Source: Chloroflexota bacterium (GTDB taxonomy: Bacteria; Chloroflexota; Limnocylindria; P2-11E). From it: a stretch of 51,979 bases of DNA. The translations under genes and the position numbers were made by a program. This document shows positions 6,068 through 12,825 of the stretch, one piece after another. The stretch lies in NCBI GenBank assembly GCA_016875795.1, contig VGOU01000001.1, positions 1 through 51,979 on the forward strand. The letters run 5' to 3'. The number at the start of each line of letters is the position of its first letter. Within the stretch, counting starts at the first letter, position 1. The notes beneath the pieces were generated by a model that was given only the letters and a program-made list of their open reading frames with translations, was not told the origin of the DNA and searched no databases.

Positions 6068-9000
6068 CTACGTAGCGCGACCCTGCGCAGCGAGGGAGGG
6101 GGCGGCAGCGCTCCCTCCCTCGCGGTCCGTCCCGGCGCGCGCGCCGAGGACGACGAGCGCGGCGGCGAGCGCGGTCCACGCGAGGGCGAGCGCCACGCTC
6201 AGCGGATCCGCGCGAACGAGCGAGGGGAAGAGGAGACCGGCGTCCACCCCGCTCACGCCCGCGAGGAAGTCGAAGAGCGCGCCCGATGAAGGGTTGCCGC
6301 GGATGACGACCGCGAGGTCGTAGCGCAGGTTCGGCAGGACCGCGTACACGTACGTGACGAGCGCCGACGCGACGACCGCACCGGCCGCGACCGCGCGCAG
6401 CCACGGCCGCGCGAGGGCGATCTCCCACCCCGCGGCGACCGCGGCGACGAGGAGCGGCAGCGACCCGAGCGCGTAGCGCGACGGCGGCGAGCCGTCGGCC
6501 CACCAGTAGTGGATGTCGGCGATGTAGACGAACGAGAAGAGCGACCCGAGCGCGAGGGCGCCGAGCTGCGTCACGCCGCCGGCGCGGGCGCGGCGGATGA
6601 GCGGAACGAGGCCGAGGAACGCGAGGAGGTACACGGGCGCGCGCGGGATGAGGCCGAAGGCGCGGTCGAAGAGGAGCCCCGGCGCGCCGATCCACGGCTG
6701 GTACACGAGCACCGGCTGGTTCTCGCGGATGAGGAAGTAGCCCGCGCTCGGCATGAAGAGGCCGAACGTGACGAGGTTGAGGAGCGCGAGCGCGAGGACG
6801 AGCCCGAGGAACGGCCCGGCCCCCGCGGCGATGCGGCGCAGGTCCCACGCGACGCGCTCGCGGTACGGCGCGACCGCGCACCACGCGATGGCGACGCCGA
6901 GGCCGACGACCGTGGGCCACGCGCGCGTGGAGAGCCAGGGGAGCGTGCCGGCGAGGGCGCTCGCCAGCGCGAGCTGCTCGAGCGTGGTCGCGCGGCCGCT
7001 GCGCAGCAGGCGCACCGCGGTGACGAACGCGAGGACGGCGAGGAGCTCGGGATACACCTGAGTCGTGTACGTGAGGAGCGGGTGGACGAGCGCGGTCGTC
7101 GCGGCCGTGAGGAACGCGACGCGCGGCGCGAAGCGCAGGTCGCGCAGCAGGAGGTACAGCTGCGCGACGAGCGCCGCGCCGACGAGGCACATGAGCGCGA
7201 GCACGCCGAGCCGGCCGCTGGCCGCGTACGGGAGCACCGACAGGATCGGCAGCGCGGGGTCGCGGATGGAGAACACGCTCTCGCCCACCGGGACCGCGTG
7301 CATGTCCGGCAGGCGCTCGGGGTAGAACGCGAGGTAGCGGTCACCGGCGTAGTCGTTGCGGACGTCGAGGTCGCGGTCGTACAGCAGGCTCTGCGTGACG
7401 ATGAGGTAGTGCGGCTCGTCCGACGCCGTCGGCATCACCGCGCGGTGGTACGGGAGGAGCACGAGCATCGCGACGAGGCCGATCGCGGCGAGGTGGAGCG
7501 CCGCGCCGCGGTCGCTGAGGCGGCCGAGCGCGGGCCACAGCGCGGCGAGCGCGTGCCCCGCGAACGCGACGGCGACGGCGAGGTAGACCGCGCCAAGCTG
7601 GCCGTTCAGGACGGCGGGACCGCCGAACGCGGCCATGAGCATGAGCGCGAGCGGCGCCAGGTACAGCCAGAAGTGGCGCGCGAGGACCGCCGCGCGCCGT
7701 TCCGGCGCGACCGCGCGCGAGACGAGCGCGGTGCCGGCGGCGGCGAGCGCGAGCGCGAGCGGCAGCCACTTCCGCAGGAGCGTCTCGGGGATGCGGTCGC
7801 CGGTCCCCTGCGCGACCCACGGCTGGTACGCCGCCACGAGGGTGGCGCCGATGAGGAGGGCGTTCAGGACGAGGAATGTGGCCAGCGACCACCGCCCGGT
7901 GTGCTGCGCTTCGTGGGGCGGCGTATGTGTTTCCGTGCCAACTTGGCACGGATCCGTGCCGATCTGGCACGGATACACATCGGGCCCCGAGCGAGCACCC
8001 CGCACGATCAACCACCCTGCGAGCGCGAGCGCCGGCACGAGCGCGCCGTACGCGGGCGCGTGCCAGTCCGCTGAGACGGGCTGGAACGACGGGAGCCACG
8101 CGAGCGGGTCGAGGCCGACGCGCGCGACCGCGCCGCGGATCTTGTCGTCGAAGGCGCTGTTCAGCGCGAGCGACGGGACGGCGCTCAGGATGAGGCTCGT
8201 CACCGCGCTCACCGCGACGAGGACCGCGGCGACCGCGCGCTCGGGCCAGGCGCGCGCCCGCAGGAGGCCGTAGGCGACGAACGGCGCCCACAGCGGCAGC
8301 ACGTCCACGAAGTAGCGCGCGGGCGGCGCGTAGCCGCCTTCCCACAGGCGGAAGAACGAGAGGGCGAGGACGCTCGCGCCAACGGCGAGCGCGGCGGGGA
8401 GGAGGCGCGCGCGGTCCGCGCGGAGGGCCGGGGCGAGCCCGAGGAGGCCGACGAAGAGCCACGGCGCGACGCCGAGGAGGCCGAACGTGCGGTCGAAGAG
8501 GATCGCCGGCAGCGTCACCCAGAGCTGCGCGGTGATCGAGCCCTGCTGCGTCACCTGCTGCGCCTGGCCCGTGCCGAAGACGTATCCCGCGTACGGGACG
8601 GGGAGGCCGTAGAGGAGCGCGTTCACCGCGACGACCGCGAGCGCCACGCCCGCCGCGGCGGCGGCGCTGCGCGTCCGCGTGAGGCGGTCGCGCAGGAGGA
8701 ACGGCAGGAGGACCGCGAGCGGGACCGCGTCGCGCGGCGTGAGGAAGAGCGTCGCCGCGAGGAAGCCCGCGGCGAGCGCGGGGCGCGGCCGCGCGCTCCT
8801 GAAGCCGAGGCGGTAGCCGGTGGCGATGAGGGCCGCGCCGAGGACGTTCGGGTACACGTGCGTCGCGAGGAGCGCGAGCGGCGCGCACGCGCTCGCGATG
8901 AGCCACGTCCACCCAACCACATGCCGGGGGGGTCGTAGGGGGGGCAGAGCCCCCCCTACGTCGCGAAGGATCAGGAGCATCTGGTAGCTGGTCCACGCCC

Positions 9001-9511
9001 CGATGAGGGCCAGAACGAGGCCGGCGCCGAGCCGCTCGCCGAGCACCCATCCGGGAAGGATCGCCAGCGCGAGCGCATACCCCTGGATCGGGCGGGGGCC
9101 GGCCGGTGTCTGCGCCACGTGCGTCGCGACGTCGTCGCTGTTCGGCTGCGCGCCGATCATGTCGAAGAAGAGCCGCTCGTCGATGGCGAAGTCGAGGCGG
9201 CCGTGCGCGAGGCTGTCGGCGAGGAGCAGGTAGTGCGCCTGGTCGCCGAACGGCAGCGACGCCACCGGGAGCCACGCCGCCGCCGCGCCGTATCCGATCG
9301 CCGCGACCGGGAGCGCGACCCACGCCGGGGCTCCGCGCACGACAACGAGCGCGGCCGGCGCGAGCAGGACCGCGACGATGGCGACGAGGAAGACGCCGCG
9401 CAGGTCGCGGTCCACGTCGCCGAGCGACATGACCGTGTAGGCCCAGCCCGCCGCGGCGACGGCGATCGCCTGCGCGACGACGAAGCGCGGGATGCTCACA
9501 CGTCTCATCAC
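6068..9511 (-). CDS. 1147-aa polytopic membrane protein made of two tandem paralogous GT-C-fold glycosyltransferase-like modules
   Basis: There are dozens of hydrophobic helices. Each half has a first-loop acidic motif followed by a similar helix: module 1 FGDQAHYLLLADSLAHGRLDFAIDERLF...LILRDV, module 2 ASDEPHYLIVTQSLLYDRDLDVRNDYAGDRY...LLLRDL. Start is GTG 9511 (GTGA overlap with the upstream stop) or ATG 9508. Confidence 0.8.
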   Translation of the reverse strand: MMRRVSIPRFVVAQAIAVAAAGWAYTVMSLGDVDRDLRGVFLVAIVAVLLAPAALVVVRGAPAWVALPVAAIGYGAAAAWLPVASLPFGDQAHYLLLADSLAHGRLDFAIDERLFFDMIGAQPNSDDVATHVAQTPAGPRPIQGYALALAILPGWVLGERLGAGLVLALIGAWTSYQMLLILRDVGGALPPLRPPRHVVGWTWLIASACAPLALLATHVYPNVLGAALIATGYRLGFRSARPRPALAAGFLAATLFLTPRDAVPLAVLLPFLLRDRLTRTRSAAAAAGVALAVVAVNALLYGLPVPYAGYVFGTGQAQQVTQQGSITAQLWVTLPAILFDRTFGLLGVAPWLFVGLLGLAPALRADRARLLPAALAVGASVLALSFFRLWEGGYAPPARYFVDVLPLWAPFVAYGLLRARAWPERAVAAVLVAVSAVTSLILSAVPSLALNSAFDDKIRGAVARVGLDPLAWLPSFQPVSADWHAPAYGALVPALALAGWLIVRGARSGPDVYPCQIGTDPCQVGTETHTPPHEAQHTGRWSLATFLVLNALLIGATLVAAYQPWVAQGTGDRIPETLLRKWLPLALALAAAGTALVSRAVAPERRAAVLARHFWLYLAPLALMLMAAFGGPAVLNGQLGAVYLAVAVAFAGHALAALWPALGRLSDRGAALHLAAIGLVAMLVLLPYHRAVMPTASDEPHYLIVTQSLLYDRDLDVRNDYAGDRYLAFYPERLPDMHAVPVGESVFSIRDPALPILSVLPYAASGRLGVLALMCLVGAALVAQLYLLLRDLRFAPRVAFLTAATTALVHPLLTYTTQVYPELLAVLAFVTAVRLLRSGRATTLEQLALASALAGTLPWLSTRAWPTVVGLGVAIAWCAVAPYRERVAWDLRRIAAGAGPFLGLVLALALLNLVTFGLFMPSAGYFLIRENQPVLVYQPWIGAPGLLFDRAFGLIPRAPVYLLAFLGLVPLIRRARAGGVTQLGALALGSLFSFVYIADIHYWWADGSPPSRYALGSLPLLVAAVAAGWEIALARPWLRAVAAGAVVASALVTYVYAVLPNLRYDLAVVIRGNPSSGALFDFLAGVSGVDAGLLFPSLVRADPLSVALALAWTALAAALVVLGARAGTDREGGSAAAPSLAAQGRAT
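7925..7980. repeat. 56-nt nested palindrome (two tandem 21-nt hairpin units inside ATGTGT/ACACAT arms), translated in frame as the inter-module linker
   Basis: Sequence is ATGTGT-T-TCCGTGCC-AACTT-GGCACGGA-TCCGTGCC-GATCT-GGCACGGA-T-ACACAT. I counted 31/56 G+C against much higher flanks. The central GGCACGGATCCGTGCC is itself a palindrome. It encodes YPCQIGTDPCQVGTETHT, that is two heptads PCQ[IV]GT[DE]. Confidence 0.85.
8926..8960. repeat. homopolymer-rich hairpin inside module 1 coding sequence (G7-TCGTA-G7-CAGAG-C7-TACG)
   Basis: CGTAGGGGGGG (8934..8944) pairs with CCCCCCCTACG (8950..8960), an 11-bp stem with a 5-nt loop. An extra G7 lies at 8926..8932. It is read as RDVGGALPPLRPPRH using the atypical codons CTA, GTA and CGA. 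Confidence 0.85.
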
Positions 9512-9876
9512 TCGCCGTCCAGCCAGACCACCTGGTCACGAAGCGCATCGTCGCCGCGATGCCGCTCCAGGAGACGCGCGAGCGCGTCGATGAGACGCCC
9601 GCGCGAGTCGGGCCGACGCGGGCTCCGCGACGCCGCGGTGACGATCAGTCCGTGGTGCGGGCGATCGTCGTCGGCCGCGCGGGCGGCGAGGGGGACGAAG
9701 TCCCTGGCGTTCTCCGTGACCGCAGCGCGCCCCTCGTCGGCAGCGACATCGAAGATCTCGCGATCGGGGCGGCCCCGCAGGTCGTCACGCTCGGCGACGG
9801 CGGCGACATCGTGGCCGCGCTCTCGAAGGCGCCGCGCGACCTCGGGGTCGTGATGCTCGTCGAGGAGCAGCCTCAA
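9508..9876 (-). CDS. DUF5615-like (PIN/Mut7-C-like) putative toxin
   Basis: RLLLDEHHDPEVARRLRERGHDV...DREIFDVAADEGRAAVTENARDF...HHGLIV matches the DUF5615 pattern as I recall it. TTG start at 9876 forms a TTGA overlap with the upstream stop. Its own stop overlaps the giant GT-C start. Confidence 0.7.
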   Translation of the reverse strand: MRLLLDEHHDPEVARRLRERGHDVAAVAERDDLRGRPDREIFDVAADEGRAAVTENARDFVPLAARAADDDRPHHGLIVTAASRSPRRPDSRGRLIDALARLLERHRGDDALRDQVVWLDGE

Positions 9877-10286
9877 GCGCGCGCAACAGCCTGCTGGCGG
9901 CGCCAGGCGGTCTCGGCGCGTGCCGCCTCCTCATCGTTCGCGCGGATCCAGTCGTCGATCTCACTCCCGTGGTCGCCGTGGTACGCCAGCGCCAGGCGGA
10001 CCTCACGCTCCGGCACAGCGAGCACCTCGGCCACGGCCGGCACGGAGCCGTCGTTGGCTCTCAGCGCCGCCACGACCTCCCACACGTCGGGACCGCGCCG
10101 CAGCCCGGGCCGGCGCCCCGCCGGTCCGTCACGAAAGACGATGCCGGGGTGCCGCCGCATGCGAAGGCCCTCCTCCACGAGCTCTTGCGCCAGCGTGCGC
10201 GCGGGGACGTGGCGCCGCGCGGCCTCCTCGGCCAGCCGGCGGATCGTGCCCTCGTCGAGCCTCAGGGAGTAGGGCTTCGCGGCCAC
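9873..10286 (-). CDS. DUF433-like putative antitoxin with N-terminal ribbon-helix-helix-like segment
   Basis: GTG start at 10286. N-terminus YSLRLDEGTIRRLAEEAARRHVPARTLAQELVEEGL is RHH-like. The core HPGIVFRDGPAGRRPGLRRGPDVWEVVAAL...EVRLALAY is DUF433-like. Confidence 0.7.
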   Translation of the reverse strand: MAAKPYSLRLDEGTIRRLAEEAARRHVPARTLAQELVEEGLRMRRHPGIVFRDGPAGRRPGLRRGPDVWEVVAALRANDGSVPAVAEVLAVPEREVRLALAYHGDHGSEIDDWIRANDEEAARAETAWRRQQAVARA

Positions 10287-10314
10287 GTAGCGCAGCGTAT
10301 CACAACGCGCTACG
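10286..10314. promoter_or_regulatory. inverted repeat CGTAGCGC-N13-GCGCTACG abutting the DUF433 gene start
   Basis: 8-bp perfect arms at 10286..10293 and 10307..10314 in the 31-nt gap between the frameshifted repeat-protein gene and the TA-like pair. It could be an operator or a transcript-end hairpin. Confidence 0.35.
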
Positions 10315-10317
10315 CAC

Positions 10318-11680
10318 CTACCGGAACGCGCCCTCGCAGATCATCGCGCCGTCGCCGCCGCTGAAGTTCATCTGGATGACGATCGCGCCGAGCGAGCCGT
10401 TCCCTCCGATGACGACGGGGTGCTGCGTGCCGTCCGCCAGCCCCGGCACGTCGCGCGGGTCGACCCAGCGCGAGAGGCCTGTGCCCAGCGTGAGCGCCTG
10501 CGTCGTGACGAGCGTGCGGTCCGAGAAGCGGTACCACCGCACCGTGGCGATCGTCGCGGTGTTCCCCTGCACGACGAGCGGCGTGGTCCAGCCGGAGGCG
10601 CCCCCGAGGCGCCGCGTGACGTTGGGCAGGAACACGCGCCCGCCCCCGTTCAGGATCCCGGCGTAGCCGCCCGCGGTCGTGCCGATGATGTTCACCGCGC
10701 TCGCCACCGCGTCGTTGTCGGCAACGACGGTCGCCGAGTGCTCGCCGTCGGCCAGGCAGCCGGCGGACGCGGCCGAGCCGCACAGGACACGGCTCGTGCC
10801 GCCGTTCACGTAGCGCGGGTCGAACGCCCACGAGCGGCCGGGCTGGACGAGCGGGCCGGGGAAGAACGTCGGCGTGTCCACGCCGAGCGGCCGCACGACG
10901 AGGGTCGGCGCGACCGGTGTGGCTCCCACGTTCTGGACGACCACGGTCGAGACGCCCTTCCCCACCCCGCTCACGTTCTTCACGAGGTACGGCATGAGCA
11001 CGGGCGACGACCCCTCGGCGATCCCGTTCGCCGCGTAGACCACGGGTCCGCCGGCGATGGGATCGGGGCGCGGCGCGGCGCGGCGTAGCCGTGCGTGTTC
11101 ACCGCGACGGCGTGCCGCGTACCGTCGAACGAGACGAGCGACGCGGTCGCGGTCGTCGCGGCGGTGCCGAGGTTCTGGATGATGAACGGCGCGACGAACC
11201 CGAAGAAGCGCTTCGTGGCGTTCGGCAGCGACACGCTCGTCGCGCCGCGCGTCGCGCCCACGTACGCGGCCGGCTGCAGCGTCATACCGCTCCCGGCGTG
11301 CTCGTTCACGACGGCGATGGCGTCGATGAGGTACGCGCGGATGACGACGGAGTACTGGGTCTCGCCGGGGAGCGCCGCTTCCGCCTGCGGGCTGCACGCG
11401 TACGAGGTCCCGGGCGCGATGGAGCGGACGTCGCGTGTCATGGCGAGCGCGCCGTCGCTGAAGCGGTACAGCTCGATCCCCAGGAGGCCCGTGACCGTGT
11501 CGACGTCCTGGACGATGAACGGCGTGGTCCACCCGTCGGCGCCGCCGAGCGTCTCCGTCGCGTTCGGGAGGTACGCCGTCGACTTCGGACCCGCGGGAAC
11601 GCGCACGCCGTCTGCGCCTGGGCGCCGGCCGGGACGAGGAGCGCGGCCACGAGGGACACCGCCGCGAACCACCTGCGCAT
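10318..11680 (-). pseudogene. secreted protein with four roughly 110-aa repeats, reading frame broken twice
   Basis: The signal peptide MRRWFAAVSLVAALLVPAGAQAQ starts at ATG 11680 (frame 1). Repeats 1-2 lie in ORF 10980..11687 (YLPNATETLGGADGWTTPFIVQD...; SLPNATKRFFGFVAPFIIQN...). Repeats 3-4 lie in the tail of ORF 10318..12237 (LMPYLVKNVSGVGKGVSTVVVQN...; FLPNVTRRLGGASGWTTPLVVQG...). Frame switches are near 11600..11612 and at 11067..11086. Confidence 0.65.
11067..11086. repeat. pentanucleotide tract (GGCGC)x3 plus GGCGT at the second frameshift of the repeat protein
   Basis: GGCGC GGCGC GGCGC GGCGT. On paper, removing one 5-nt unit joins ...NTHGYAAPRP to DPIAGGPVVYAANG... in frame. Confidence 0.8.
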
Positions 11681-11710
11681 GACCCAAGTGTGTGGCAGGA
11701 TCGGCCTTCG

Positions 11711-12367
11711 ATGACGCTCGCTTCCTTGTCCGTGGCGCTGCGGAGCGCGCCGCCGCGCGCTCTCGCCGCGTGCGCGAGCCTCGCCGCGGCCTTCCTCGCC
11801 CTCGCGCTGCTCGTCGCGGTCGGGGCCACGCGCGCGGTCGATCTCGCGGTGACCAGCGCGTTCCAATCGATCGCGTCGTATCCGATCGACGTCGCGGTGA
11901 ACGCCCACACGCTCGTCGGCCAGCTGCCGGTGACGCTCACCGCGTCGGTCGTCGTCGCGCTCGTCGCCCAGCGGCGGCTCGGCGGGTACGCCTGGATCGG
12001 GCCGCTGCTCATCCTCGCGACCGGCGCCATCGAGCTCGTCTTCAAGTACGTCGCCGCCCACCCCGGCCCGCCGAAGGAGCTCATCCGCGCGTTCGGCAAC
12101 CCTCTCGGCCTGCCTTCCGAGTGGAAGCCGCCGTACGCGTTCCCGAGCGGGCACATGGCGCGGATCACCTTCCTGTCGATCACGCTGGCAGCCCTGTTCC
12201 CGACGCGGGCCGCCTTCGGCCTCGCGGCCGTCGCCATCGCGCTCAGCCTGTTCGCGCGCGTCTACATCGGGGACCACTGGATCAGCGACTCGCTCGGCGG
12301 CGTCGCGCTCGGCGCGTCCGTCGCCTTCGCCGCCGTCGCCTGGATGCGCGCGACCGCGCGCCGGTAG
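11711..12367 (+). CDS. PAP2-family (type 2 phosphatidic acid / polyprenyl-diphosphate) phosphatase
   Basis: PAP2 motifs KYVAAHPGPP, PSGH and ARVYIGDHWISD, with a multi-TM layout. ATG at 11711. The longest ORF starts at GTG 11690. Confidence 0.85.
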   Translation: MTLASLSVALRSAPPRALAACASLAAAFLALALLVAVGATRAVDLAVTSAFQSIASYPIDVAVNAHTLVGQLPVTLTASVVVALVAQRRLGGYAWIGPLLILATGAIELVFKYVAAHPGPPKELIRAFGNPLGLPSEWKPPYAFPSGHMARITFLSITLAALFPTRAAFGLAAVAIALSLFARVYIGDHWISDSLGGVALGASVAFAAVAWMRATARR

Positions 12368-12377
12368 CCTTTTCGCG

Positions 12378-12755
12378 ATGCCGATCTACGACTACCGCTG
12401 CGCCGCCTGCCGCAAGCGCTTCGCCGTCTTCTTCCGCTCGTTCTCGGAGATCGGCCCGGTGCGCTGCCAGCACTGCGGCAGCGACGACGTCGCGAAGCTC
12501 GCGCCGCGGGTGGCGCAGCTCGTGGGCGAGGACGCGCGTTTCGACCGGCTGAGCGATCCATCGGCGCTCGGCGACGTCGACGAGAACGACCCGGCGTCGG
12601 TCGCGCGCTGGGCGAAGCGGCTCGGCCGCGAGATGGGCGAGGACCTGGGCGACGAGTTCGACGAGGCCATGGCTGAGATCGCGGGCAGCGGCACGGGCGA
12701 GGGCAGCGAGCCCGATCCACAGCCGTACGCGGGCGGCACGAGCAACGACGACTAG
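12378..12755 (+). CDS. FmdB-family zinc-ribbon protein
   Basis: MPIYDYRCAACRKRF...VRCQHCGSDDV gives CxxC...CxxC with the canonical N-terminus, followed by an acidic tail. Confidence 0.85.
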   Translation: MPIYDYRCAACRKRFAVFFRSFSEIGPVRCQHCGSDDVAKLAPRVAQLVGEDARFDRLSDPSALGDVDENDPASVARWAKRLGREMGEDLGDEFDEAMAEIAGSGTGEGSEPDPQPYAGGTSNDD

Positions 12756-12825
12756 ACGCGCCCGACGACCTCGCGTACCCGCGCCCCGAGCAGCAGCCGC
12801 GGATCCGTCGCGCTCGCCCGGGCCC

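Noticed and set aside
7932-7973. Tandem 21-nt palindromic units as a mini CRISPR array.
   Set aside because: There are only two directly abutting units, no spacers and no cas genes, and they lie inside an open reading frame.
10318-12237. 639-aa ORF taken as a single intact gene.
   Set aside because: Only the last roughly 255 aa carry the repeat motifs. The N-terminal part is antisense to the PAP2 gene. The true upstream repeats and the signal peptide are in two other frames.
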